Position numbers and translations under genes: made by a program. A stretch of DNA of 46,435 nucleotides from Promethearchaeota archaeon (GTDB lineage Archaea; Asgardarchaeota; Lokiarchaeia; Sigyniarchaeales; SOKP01): the NCBI GenBank assembly GCA_016839765.1, contig JAEOTP010000014.1, forward strand, positions 1-46,435. The letters are read 5' to 3'. Shown here piece by piece: positions 27,175 through 36,961 of the stretch (within the stretch, counting starts at the first letter, position 1; every line of letters begins with the position of its first letter). The notes under the pieces were generated by a model. The model saw only the letters and a program-made list of their open reading frames with translations. It did no database searches and had not been told where the DNA came from.

Positions 27175-27861
27175 TCAATCAAAATATCCCTTAAGATTAC
27201 TTTCGTGGCTTTTTTTAGTGTAAGGACAAGTTTCTATGCAAATATTACACCAAATTGAAGTATAATCCGAAAGTTTCCTCAGATTTGCTAAATTATACGA
27301 CAAGCATGCTTGCTTATTATAACCCTCTGAGCTTAATGCTTTTGCCGGACAGTTTGCAATACACATATCACATTCTTTACAGAATTTACTCTCTTTAATA
27401 GGGATTCCTGTCACCAATGGCGCTTCTGTAACAATTGCCCTTAACCTAACTTGAGAGCCAAATTTCTTACTTATAAATAAGTTATTCTTTCCTATAGGCC
27501 CTAGACCAGCTAAAGCTGCTGAATCTTTCAAAAAAATTCCAGGGGTATAGGGCATAATCTTAGATTTATATGATATTTTTAATAGAAAATCCTTTAAACG
27601 ATGAGCTCGACTCTCCAGTATTGAATCCAAATAATGAAAGCTCTTACCAGTAGTTTGATCTTGACTCCAAGCATCGAGTATAATGTCGTATAAGTATATT
27701 CCAATTACTATTACCGTATATGCGCCTTTCATGTAAGTTTCTGGCCTATTCTCCTCTTTAAATCTTTTATATTCTTTAGGATTTGCAAAGCCAATAACAT
27801 CAATGCCCATTTGATTTGAGAATTTAATTAAATCCTCAGTAAGTTTTTGGTTTCTTTCCAT
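27175..27861 (-). CDS. Epoxyqueuosine-reductase-like 4Fe-4S protein
   Basis: AALAGLGPIGKNNL, FGSQVRL, CKECDMCIANCP, WCNICIETCP. Confidence 0.85.
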   Translation of the reverse strand: MERNQKLTEDLIKFSNQMGIDVIGFANPKEYKRFKEENRPETYMKGAYTVIVIGIYLYDIILDAWSQDQTTGKSFHYLDSILESRAHRLKDFLLKISYKSKIMPYTPGIFLKDSAALAGLGPIGKNNLFISKKFGSQVRLRAIVTEAPLVTGIPIKESKFCKECDMCIANCPAKALSSEGYNKQACLSYNLANLRKLSDYTSIWCNICIETCPYTKKSHESNLKGYFD

Positions 27862-27964
27862 TTTTCGTATCCTTTATTTATAATAAATAAACAGAGTTTT
27901 TTTCAATATTTATTTCTGCTTTTTATTTACAAATAGAATTTTCAAAATAAAATTTTGCCTTGAG

Positions 27965-28630
27965 ATGACAGAATATCAATCAAAACGTTATAAAGAAGTA
28001 TATAATTTATTTATTTCTAAGTTTTATGATATCGGATTAAAGATTGGGTTAACCCCATCTGGAGAAAAAATACTACGAGCTAGCGTCTTTAAAAGTTTGT
28101 CACCATATATTAAAAGAAAAGATCGCATATTAGACCTATGCTGTGGAACTGGTACGCTTACAGTCTTAATCACAAGCTTGATTTATAGAGAATGTAAAAT
28201 AATAGGAGTTGATTTATCATTTGGTCAGATCGCCAAGGCACAGAAAAAGAATAAATATCCTAATTTAATATTTGCATTAATGGATGCTAATGAACTAAAA
28301 TTTTCAAATAATTATTTTGATCATGTTATAATTTCTGCAGCTTTACATGAGATGGATAAGAATCAAAGACTCAATGTTCTTTCTGAAATCCATCGAATAT
28401 TGAAAAGAGGAGGTATTTTTTTAATTTTTGAACATCATGAGCCTTCAAAAATTTCACTGCGAATTCTCTATAACTTCTATTTGGGTTTTATTGAAAAAGT
28501 TACTTCCCATTCATTCGAAATGCAGAGAAATATATTGAAAGAACTAAAAAAATCTGGTTTCAAAATATTAAAACAGATTCCTATTAAAAAATTCCTAAGC
28601 TTTTTTCAGATAATCTTGTTGAAAAAATAA
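27965..28630 (+). CDS. Class I SAM methyltransferase (UbiE/Methyltransf_11-like)
   Basis: ILDLCCGTG, GVDLS, ALHEM, RILKRGG. Confidence 0.9.
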   Translation: MTEYQSKRYKEVYNLFISKFYDIGLKIGLTPSGEKILRASVFKSLSPYIKRKDRILDLCCGTGTLTVLITSLIYRECKIIGVDLSFGQIAKAQKKNKYPNLIFALMDANELKFSNNYFDHVIISAALHEMDKNQRLNVLSEIHRILKRGGIFLIFEHHEPSKISLRILYNFYLGFIEKVTSHSFEMQRNILKELKKSGFKILKQIPIKKFLSFFQIILLKK

Positions 28631-28668
28631 AATAAATATAAAAAAGAACTAACTAAGAAATTATAATA

Positions 28669-28758
28669 AACATATTATAGCACATAGGAAAAAAGCCTTA
28701 TCTTCCTAAAATTTAAAACTCTTTCACTTTCTTCTCTAAGAATATTTCAATTTAACCC
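28669..28758. repeat. Dispersed 90-bp intergenic repeat, copy 2
   Basis: Matches 13018-13107 in the same orientation. Confidence 0.85.
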
Positions 28759-28910
28759 GATTACACTAAAAATAACCAAGATATTTTCTAACAGAATTTT
28801 GAAGTTTATTTCTCATAATACCAAGGTTTATTAAATTTAAAAATATATCTTATATACTTGAACAGAGATATTTCAAAGTTTCAAGTATAAAATTAAAATT
28901 TGGTGAAAGT

Positions 28911-29051
28911 ATGTCTAATAGAAATTATGGCAATAGAACGATGCACAAAGCCACATGTGCCGACTGCGGTAACGAGTGCGAAGTTCCATTTAAGCCTACG
29001 GAAGGCAGAGATGTTTATTGTCGAGAGTGTTATAGAAAGCATAGAAGATAA
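28911..29051 (+). CDS. CxxC-x17-CxxC zinc-binding protein (46 aa; not in ORF track)
   Basis: MHKATCADCGNECEVPFKPTEGRDVYCRECY; GGTGA RBS. Confidence 0.92.
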   Translation: MSNRNYGNRTMHKATCADCGNECEVPFKPTEGRDVYCRECYRKHRR

Positions 29052-29254
29052 TTAATTCTATTTTTTCTAAGTTTTGGTTATAACCAAAAACTTATTTTCT
29101 AACTTATCGAGTAATGATTTATTTTTTTTTATTTTTTTTTTAGGCCGTAGATCTACAGATGTTCGATACGTGCGGGAATTTTATTAAATTTTTTGGCTTA
29201 TATATAAAAGGCTTATAACATTAACTAACTAAATATATTTGAGATCATTATTTT

Positions 29255-29482
29255 ATGAACAACATAGAAAAATTAAACGCAATATCACAAATGATTGAGG
29301 GATTGAAAGATATTAGGCAAGAAGAGAAAAAAATAGTGCCTAAATGTGAATTCTGTGGTAAAAACATCGTGAGCAGTAAGTGGAATAAGGAATATCATCA
29401 TATTAATATATGTCAAGAACCAATAAAACGATTTTTTTGTTCCCGTCAATGTAAATTAAAATGGGTTTTTAATAATGTTTGA
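29255..29482 (+). CDS. Small TRASH/YHS-like metal-binding protein
   Basis: CEFCGK...FFCSRQCK; paralogue of 42844-43044. Confidence 0.75.
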   Translation: MNNIEKLNAISQMIEGLKDIRQEEKKIVPKCEFCGKNIVSSKWNKEYHHINICQEPIKRFFCSRQCKLKWVFNNV

Positions 29483-29768
29483 TTTTATAAAATCAACCTT
29501 TTATTTTGTGAAATAAGATAATATGAGAAAAAAAGCTGGGAAACTGTTGCCCAAAGTTTATATTGATTAACAAAACTATACTCTGGTTCAATTTTTGCAT
29601 CTGGCATTCAAACCTACTCACTTTCTAATTTATGTACTTAAGTTATCTTTATTTCTATATTAATCTTCAAGACATTTAAAAGCAGAATTTGACAGAATTG
29701 TCATGAAGAATAAGGAAAGGATTATTAAAATTCCCCTCCTCTTTTATTCTAAATGAAAAATAGGAAAT

Positions 29769-29966
29769 TTATAAAAAATCATCTATTAATGTTTGCCTTT
29801 GTCTCAAACTTTTAATAGTAAAATTCAGGGAATTAATTATTTGCTCAGCTTGGTCACTTGCGAGCTTTCTTGCTTCCTTTTTATCCTTAGCACTAATTTT
29901 GAATTTTCTATAGGGAAAAATATGGAATTTTATCTCAGCTATATACTCTGGCAAAAAGTTCACCAA
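29769..29966 (-). CDS. Small hypothetical protein
   Basis: 65-aa ORF with plausible composition (FKISAKDKKEARKLA). Confidence 0.45.
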   Translation of the reverse strand: MVNFLPEYIAEIKFHIFPYRKFKISAKDKKEARKLASDQAEQIINSLNFTIKSLRQRQTLIDDFL

Positions 29967-30141
29967 TATTATTATAATAATGTTAAAGAATGAATCATTT
30001 TACATAATTATTTTAGTTATGCTTTTCTAATGAGTTTTTTTCATCAGTTCTTTATTAGATAAATATTGGGCTATAAAAATCATATAAATTGATTAAGCTG
30101 ATGAAATCATAATAAAATAGAAATTTTTTTTCGAGATAGTT

Positions 30142-30856
30142 ATGAAGAAAATTGATCTTATCATTTTGGGGTATGCTGCTACGCTGATATTGGATTTTAT
30201 TTTTCTTATCATAGTTCAGAGATTAGATATTTTACTAATATCAGGCCCTTTAGCTTTAATCCCATTAATTATAACACTAATTCGAAGGAAGAGGGATTGA
30301 TATGGTTGGGATTATTTACTTTTATATTAACCTTTTAATTAATATTTATATTTTAATAGCAGTTTATTATTATTGCATTAAGATATATGGAATAAGAGCA
30401 ACAATAATCACTAACTTATGCCTTTCATCTTTAGTTTTAACACTTATTTTCACAGGTACTTATTCCGTAGCAGATTTGGGAACGTATATACCATTTTCTA
30501 TATTGAAAGTAGGAGAATTTGAATTTTCTACAGATCCAATTACTATCTTTACAATATTTGTTGTTATTTTTGAGCTAGCGCGGTTTTCTCTCAAAAAACC
30601 AAAAGGAACTGACTTATCTATTAAAGATATTGTAGTTATATCCATTGTAGTGACTTTATATGGAATTCTTTTTCAACTCCTTATGGATCCAACAGCAGCG
30701 GCTATGGGGCTTTACTATTATCGAAATCCTCCCGCGATAAATATTTTCGGATTTCCAATATGGTTTATAACTGCATTTGCTATATATGGTTTGTATGCGT
30801 TTATTTTTTTATTAACTGAACGTTACTATTTCCAAAAAATTAACAGATATGGTTGA
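30142..30856 (+). pseudogene. DUF422/CruF-like membrane protein split by a 1-nt frameshift (30142-30300 and 30302-30856)
   Basis: An upstream 52-aa hydrophobic ORF ends AGG GAT TGA T ATG. The downstream part has MDPTAAAMGLYYY...FGFPIW. Confidence 0.5.
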
Positions 30857-30864
30857 ATCAAGAC

Positions 30865-31008
30865 TTATTCTTCATAGAATATAGCTAAATAATTATAAAC
30901 ACCTGCAACGTGGTGGACTTTTACATTAGGATGTTGATCCAGCCATGCATTAATCTCTTCCTCAAATTTCTTTTGTTTTACAACTCCAAAAAGCACAGAA
31001 CATTTCAT
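30865..31008 (-). CDS. Small Cse60/DUF2758-like protein (47 aa; not in ORF track)
   Basis: MKCSVLFGVVKQKKFEEEINAWLDQHPNVKVHHVAGVYNYLAIFYEE*. Confidence 0.7.
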   Translation of the reverse strand: MKCSVLFGVVKQKKFEEEINAWLDQHPNVKVHHVAGVYNYLAIFYEE

Positions 31009-31210
31009 TTTTATTTATTCATCTTTTCTATTTAATTTTATAAGCTTTTTATGATAAAACATTATTAAATATTTTTTTTTACTAAACCTAGCAGATTAAA
31101 TCATCAAATATTTCAATAATTTATTTTATTATTTTATTATTTTATCAAAAACATAAAAAGGTATAATTTATAATCGGAAAAATTCAAAGAATAATTTCTT
31201 AGGTTTTTAA

Positions 31211-32383
31211 TTAATCTTTCCTCTTATAACTGTTATTGATTAGGTTATTTACTTCTTCTAAACTGGGAACTTTAGGATGAAGTGAATAATTCCGGAGTTT
31301 AAGTGAGTCATCTGCAATAGCTTTAAGTTCGCTTTTTGGAACATTTTTATCTTCCAAACTTAACCACAGACCAATTTTTTTCAAAAACAAATCAATCTCA
31401 TCGCAAGCTTTCTCAGCAGCCGCCTCATCAGATTCCTTTTTTAAGTTAGGATTAAAGAGACGGGCAATGATAGCGTATTTCGAAACCGCATATTTCCATG
31501 TCCAACGGTTTATTTCAGGGTACATGATTGCAAGGCTCTCTCCGTGCATTATATTTGGAACATGCCCTCCAATAGCCATACTTATTCCATGAGGAAGAAT
31601 GGTGCCTATATTGGTAATTGAAAGTCCACCAAGGGTCGCAGCAAATGAAAGTGCCTCTCGCGCCTCTCTATTTGATCCCTCTTTTATAGCTATCGGAAGA
31701 TACTTAATAACTTTTTTTATTGAGTCCAATGCATAAAGATCGATAAAATCTGATGCGTTTTTATTTATTAAAGTTTCAAAGGAATGGCAAAAAGCATCAA
31801 AGCCTGTTGAAGCTGTAATATAGGGTGGAACCGTTAACGTGAGTTCAGGATCAATTATACTGACAGTTGGATTAAGAGTCCTATCAGCAAGCGCAGATTT
31901 AAATTTTTCGTCGGGATTTTTTATAACTGCCATATTAGTAACTTCGGATCCTGTACCCGCTGTAGTTGGAACAGCTATGATAGGGAGAACTCTATTACTT
32001 TCAATTCTTTTTTGCTCTAGACGGTAATCCCACACATCGCCTTTATGTGTAGCACCAACAGCAATAGCCTTTGCGGTATCAATACTAGATCCCCCCCCAA
32101 CTCCCAAGATAACATCAACTTCCTTATTAGCGGCTATTTCGGAGCCTATATTTACACACGTGGTTGTGGGATTAGGAATAACTTCATCATAATGAATTAT
32201 CTCAATTCCCGCATCGGTACATAAGTTTTTTACTTTCTCAAATAAGCTTTCCATAGCAGGAAAAGGTTTAACGGAAACCATTAGACATCTTTTTCCAATT
32301 CTTGCCACAACTTTCCCTATTTCATTTACACGGCTCCATCCAAATCTAATGCGAGTTGGTTGATAATAATTGAAATTTCTCAA
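31211..32383 (-). CDS. Iron-containing alcohol dehydrogenase
   Basis: GGGSSIDTAK, PTTAGTGSE, DAFCHSFE, PHG, MHG. Confidence 0.95.
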   Translation of the reverse strand: MRNFNYYQPTRIRFGWSRVNEIGKVVARIGKRCLMVSVKPFPAMESLFEKVKNLCTDAGIEIIHYDEVIPNPTTTCVNIGSEIAANKEVDVILGVGGGSSIDTAKAIAVGATHKGDVWDYRLEQKRIESNRVLPIIAVPTTAGTGSEVTNMAVIKNPDEKFKSALADRTLNPTVSIIDPELTLTVPPYITASTGFDAFCHSFETLINKNASDFIDLYALDSIKKVIKYLPIAIKEGSNREAREALSFAATLGGLSITNIGTILPHGISMAIGGHVPNIMHGESLAIMYPEINRWTWKYAVSKYAIIARLFNPNLKKESDEAAAEKACDEIDLFLKKIGLWLSLEDKNVPKSELKAIADDSLKLRNYSLHPKVPSLEEVNNLINNSYKRKD

Positions 32384-32466
32384 ATTATTTCCTCCAATAT
32401 TATATAAAATTAATAAAAGGTAAATTGTATAAATTAATCTTATTCTTTTTTTTAATTATAATTAGG

Positions 32467-32532
32467 TATTAATTCTAAGTATAACAAAGAAAATGGTATC
32501 AGTATGACTCTTAATATTGATCCTATTGTCCC
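32467..32532 (+). pseudogene. Decayed 66-bp copy of the 3' end (34504-34569) of the CBS-longin gene
   Basis: Ungapped, 59/66 identical by hand count. Confidence 0.85.
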
Positions 32533-32649
32533 CTCTATGGACTTATTGCTAGTAGACAGTGTGTATCATGAAATATACTGAAATGTAAAATTTTATATAA
32601 TTATTGATGATATTCTATCATACTATAAATTTTGAGAGGTGAAAACTAA

Positions 32650-32955
32650 ATGATTTTTATAGTTACTCAATGGATCCCATATCACAAAACAGATGAGTGG
32701 TTTGAGGCTTTTAAAAAAGTTGCAGGTAAGTTACCAAGCTTTATAAAAAAGTGGCAGACATTTGCGACGCCAGATGTAGCTCGCGGGATAAAGGGTTATA
32801 ATGTTATTATGGTAGAAAAAGGGAACGCAGATGAAGCACTCGTCGAAATTGCTAAATTATTTGCTCCATTCTGGAAAATAGAAGGCTTTGCAATGAAAAC
32901 TGAGACTGTTTTTACTATTAAAGATTCAGTTAAAATATTAGGAAAAAGTTTGTAA
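32650..32955 (+). CDS. ~100-aa hypothetical protein, paralogous family member 1
   Basis: GAGGTGA RBS. Shares the N-terminal IVTQW.P and C-terminal EGF...LG pattern with 33263 and 37333. Confidence 0.8.
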   Translation: MIFIVTQWIPYHKTDEWFEAFKKVAGKLPSFIKKWQTFATPDVARGIKGYNVIMVEKGNADEALVEIAKLFAPFWKIEGFAMKTETVFTIKDSVKILGKSL

Positions 32956-33105
32956 TCGTAAATCACAATGAATAGGAGAAGGAAGGAATATTTCGTTTAT
33001 TTAATTTTTAAAATTTTTTTTTTTCATAAATTTATTATGTTGGAATTAGGTACAGAATCGTTCAATAATATGTTTTAATGGAAAAAACTTTTCAAATTTA
33101 TATAA

Positions 33106-33204
33106 TCAAAAAACAGCAACGTGGAGCATCTTTATATTAGGATGTTGATCCAGCCATGTATTAGCTTTGACTAAGCTTGGCAGAATCATCTAATATTTCA
33201 ATAA
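33106..33204 (-). pseudogene. Decayed partial copy of the Cse60-like gene and its upstream region
   Basis: NTWLDQHPNIKMLHVAVF* versus NAWLDQHPNVKVHHVAG. AATCATC.AATATTTCAATAA is also shared with ~31099-31119. Confidence 0.8.
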
Positions 33205-33262
33205 AAAAAAATAAAAAATAATTAATTTTATTATTTTATCCGTAATTTTTGTTGCACGAGTA

Positions 33263-33598
33263 TTATTCTGGGGCAGCCAATCCTATTAGTGGCATACCTT
33301 CCACGAGGTCATAGGCAATATTAATCTCATATTTAAATCCATCGATGGATTCTGACATCATTAACAACCGTTTCATTGCGAGGTCCATAGATTCTTTCAC
33401 TTTTCCTGGTTGAATAGAGCTAATTGTAGTACTAAACATAGCATCTTTAACTGCCCATATTGCTGAGCGTAGAATGGGTTTAGAAATAGTTCTATCATCG
33501 GGAAATTTTTTCATTACGTCAAGATATACTTTTCCAACTTTTTCTGATTGCCCATGAGGCCACCAATGTTGGGTTACTATTAAAACCATCTTATTCAC
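33263..33598 (-). CDS. ~110-aa hypothetical protein, paralogous family member 2
   Basis: PHGQSEKVGK...KFPDDRTISK...DGFKYEI. Confidence 0.85.
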   Translation of the reverse strand: MNKMVLIVTQHWWPHGQSEKVGKVYLDVMKKFPDDRTISKPILRSAIWAVKDAMFSTTISSIQPGKVKESMDLAMKRLLMMSESIDGFKYEINIAYDLVEGMPLIGLAAPE

Positions 33599-33763
33599 TT
33601 ATTTTTAATCATTTAATTTTATTAGATTTCGAAGGTGATAAAAAGGATCATAATCTAATATTTATTTCTTATATTTTTATCCAAATTTAAAATAAGTATA
33701 TTGCTTTGATTAAAATTCCTTTAAGACGCTATGTTTAATAATTCAAAGTGATTATTTTTACTG

Positions 33764-34597
33764 ATGGAAGAGATTAATGAAAGTTCGGCTACTGTAGGGG
33801 AAATCATGACCGCTGATGTTATAATGCTAAAGAAAGATGCCCTGTTTAAAGAATTGGTTGAAAAATTACAAAAACACAACATTTCGGCAGTTTTTATTGA
33901 GGATACTACTAAAAATGAGTATTTCATCGTTACTAAAACTGATGTGATTAATTTTCTTAGTAGTGGTGGCATGTTTGAACAAAATCTCTCAGAAGTTTCG
34001 GTTGAAAAACTTATGCAAGGACCAACTGAATTGATAGATATTGACACACCAATAGACACTGTTATTCGGTTTATGATTGAGCATGGTTTTAAACGAGTTT
34101 TAATTGGGAAGGATGACAAGCCAGTGGGGGTTGTTTCAACTAAAGATATTATGCAGTGGAATAACACCTATTTTAAACCATCAAAACCTCAAATATTACT
34201 GATTATGGATAATTTAAACAGCATTTTTATAGCGAAGCATATTTATAAAGAAAATCTTGATGATGATGTGCATGATGGATTAATGGACGCTTATGGGGGT
34301 GCTTTAACTTCAATTTCAGCGATAACAGATGAAGTTATTAAACAATCTGGAACTATGCGCCAGTTACTAAAAGATAAGCGATCAATTCTTTTTGAACCTT
34401 ACAAGGGTATTACTGGAGTTTTGATTAGTGATTATAATTCGATTGAGTTACGGCGAAAGCTTAAAATTGCGACTAAAAAGTTCTATGAACTCCACTCTGA
34501 AATTATTAGTTCTAAGCATAGCAAAGAAAATGGTATCAGCAGGACCCTTAATATTGATCCTATTATCCCAATTTTTAAAGAAGGTGAGAAAGAATAA
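33764..34597 (+). CDS. CBS-pair protein with C-terminal longin-like domain
   Basis: TVGEIMTADV...PVGVVSTKDI (CBS pair). YGGALTSISAITDEV...ILFE...GVLISD...LRRKL...F is an Asgard longin-like pattern. Confidence 0.8.
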   Translation: MEEINESSATVGEIMTADVIMLKKDALFKELVEKLQKHNISAVFIEDTTKNEYFIVTKTDVINFLSSGGMFEQNLSEVSVEKLMQGPTELIDIDTPIDTVIRFMIEHGFKRVLIGKDDKPVGVVSTKDIMQWNNTYFKPSKPQILLIMDNLNSIFIAKHIYKENLDDDVHDGLMDAYGGALTSISAITDEVIKQSGTMRQLLKDKRSILFEPYKGITGVLISDYNSIELRRKLKIATKKFYELHSEIISSKHSKENGISRTLNIDPIIPIFKEGEKE

Positions 34598-34701
34598 GCT
34601 TATCTTATGAATTTGGGGGTTCTAGTTTTTATAATCAAAAAGTTAAAAATCTGAAAAAAGTTATACTAATCATAAGATAATTTTATATAAGCGTCTGCCA
34701 A

Positions 34702-34983
34702 ATGAAAACAAAAACTAAAGTTGAAATTCTGATTATTGAAGAAGAGGATTTTTGCGCTAAATGCTGCAAAACGGTGAACGTGATTGATAAAATGATGGAA
34801 ACTATCCCGGAGCTTAAAGATAAAGTTGAGGTTTTCTATAGTGATTTAAACTCTCAAGAGAATTCACAAAAATACGGTGAATTAACCCCACCAGTAATTA
34901 TGATAAATGATGTTATCTTTTCTGAAGGTCATGTACCAATCATAAAAAAGTTAGCTAGGAGCTTATTAGAGAGTGCAGTATAG
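34702..34983 (+). CDS. Thioredoxin-family small redox protein
   Basis: FCAKC, YG..TPP..IND...SEGHVP. Confidence 0.82.
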   Translation: MKTKTKVEILIIEEEDFCAKCCKTVNVIDKMMETIPELKDKVEVFYSDLNSQENSQKYGELTPPVIMINDVIFSEGHVPIIKKLARSLLESAV

Positions 34984-35051
34984 AAGTTCATTTGTATTGT
35001 CTTTTCTTTATTCATTTCTAAAAGAAAAATTTTAAAAATAAAATTATATAA

Positions 35052-36791
35052 TTAATCATTCATTTGGTAGGCATCTTTTAAGGAGTGTACTACTTTCCAG
35101 ACTCTGTTAAATCTTTCTCTATCTACATTAGGTCTTTTGATCATTTTTAAGCACCATTCCATCTGTTCAGGAGTAGTGCTAGGTTTATGATAAAGGCTTA
35201 ATGCATATTTGGAAAAATCTCTTACTAGAAAATCAAAAATTTGATCTAAAGTGTCCTCATCAATGTTGTAGATGGTCGCATTTTCAATAATAAGATGTGC
35301 ATAAACAATTAGGGCAAAGATTTCACCAATTCCAGAAAGCATAAAATCCAGATCTTTTTGTTGTTCGACATTAGGGGTTGCTTTTGTTCCAAGAAGGTGG
35401 AACATTTTAATTTGTTCCAAGAAAATCTTAATATTGGGCAAATTATATCCCTCAAATGCGGGTTTCCAATCATGAAGGCGAACGCTTCCTAATCCCCGAG
35501 TTGGACCTTGATTGAAAAGAAAATCATCATTTTTAACGTGATCTTGCTTTGGAACCTCCTCATAATTCTTATGATTCATAAAGAAATTAAGCATAAATTT
35601 CAAAATTAAGGCGATATTAACATGGACGGTGCCCTCTAGTTTTGGTAAAGCACGAATATCTCTTGCAGCACTTTCAAAATACATATCTTTTTCAAAGCCT
35701 TTAGCTGCAATAACGTCCCATAAAAGATTGATCACTTCCTCACCTTGAGTTGTTGTTTTCATTTTCATGACGGGGGCATAGAGCAGGTAACGTCGATCTT
35801 TATTTGAAGCTATGCGCATGTAGTCAGCTGTTCTTAATCCAAATAATTTCATAGCGACTAAACGTGTATAAGCATCTACAAAATTCTGTTTAACGTGTTG
35901 AAAATCCGTAACATACATATTATACAGTCTGCGATGTGCCGCATGATGAATTGCTTCATAAAATGCATGTGTACAGATTCCAATTGAAGCCCATCCAAGA
36001 TTATATTTCCCCACATTAACAGTATTAAGCGCGGCATTCCACGCATCCTCTCCTTTAGAAAGAATATCCTCTTCAGTTATGGGATAATTATGGAGTGCAA
36101 AATTTGCGACATAATTTTGACTGTCACATACATTTTTTATCAATTCATAATTTTTATGTTTATAATTTGCTACGAAGAAGACGTATTGTTCCTTATTTTT
36201 CATATTATATGGAGGAATATTTCCATCTTTATCAGCAAATTTACCAAAATTTGAAACCATCTCTGCCTCGTTTCCATTTCCTATGTAGTATTTCTCTCCA
36301 TTAGCTCTATAAGTTCCATCTTCTTGTGGTGTAAGTGCCATCTCAGTACCATAGATATCAGCACCATGAGCTCGTTCTGAGAGTCCAAATGCAAAAATTG
36401 CCCCTTCCCTGAGTAACCGAGCAGCCTTCCTTTTAGCCGCTTCATTCTTGCTTAACCAAATAGGACCAAGTCCTAAAATGGTAACTTGCCATGTATACCA
36501 ATAAGAAAGTCCATAAAATGCGAGTATTTCGTTATATTCGCAAATTCGCCAAGTGTCCCAGCGATAATTTTCATCTTCACCAAATCGAGCTGGTGTTAGA
36601 AGCTGTGCGAAAATTTTGTTATTTTTCTGAAACTCGATAAAATCAGAATACCAAACCCTTTTATGATCATCTTCTTTAATTTTCGCTTTCCCCTTCTTTT
36701 CAAAAAATTCAATAGTTTTAAGCATAATATCTTTAGACATTTCATCAGGATAATAGCGGTCATGCTTTTTAGGATTTAATAAAATTGTCAT
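35052..36791 (-). CDS. Acyl-CoA dehydrogenase
   Basis: AFGLSERAHGAD, NGEKYYIGNG, LPKLEGT. Confidence 0.93.
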   Translation of the reverse strand: MTILLNPKKHDRYYPDEMSKDIMLKTIEFFEKKGKAKIKEDDHKRVWYSDFIEFQKNNKIFAQLLTPARFGEDENYRWDTWRICEYNEILAFYGLSYWYTWQVTILGLGPIWLSKNEAAKRKAARLLREGAIFAFGLSERAHGADIYGTEMALTPQEDGTYRANGEKYYIGNGNEAEMVSNFGKFADKDGNIPPYNMKNKEQYVFFVANYKHKNYELIKNVCDSQNYVANFALHNYPITEEDILSKGEDAWNAALNTVNVGKYNLGWASIGICTHAFYEAIHHAAHRRLYNMYVTDFQHVKQNFVDAYTRLVAMKLFGLRTADYMRIASNKDRRYLLYAPVMKMKTTTQGEEVINLLWDVIAAKGFEKDMYFESAARDIRALPKLEGTVHVNIALILKFMLNFFMNHKNYEEVPKQDHVKNDDFLFNQGPTRGLGSVRLHDWKPAFEGYNLPNIKIFLEQIKMFHLLGTKATPNVEQQKDLDFMLSGIGEIFALIVYAHLIIENATIYNIDEDTLDQIFDFLVRDFSKYALSLYHKPSTTPEQMEWCLKMIKRPNVDRERFNRVWKVVHSLKDAYQMND

Positions 36792-36961
36792 AATTATCTC
36801 TTTAATTTATAATATTCAAGTAATTCTAGGAATCTTGAAAAAATAATAAAAATTATGTATAATCCCATTAAAAATTGGACTAAAAATCATTTTTAACTGT
36901 TATTTCTCTTCAATTATTATTGTATAGTTTAATTATGAATTATATTTAGCGTGAAAAAGTA

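Noticed and set aside
29519-29720. Coding-like intergenic stretch (also 9640-9770 and 10615-10745)
   Set aside because: Possibly further gene shards, but I could not match any frame to a family or to a parent in the window.
30298-30330. TGA as possible selenocysteine codon
   Set aside because: In-frame read-through hits TAA within ten codons and there is no redox-motif context; a frameshift explains it better.
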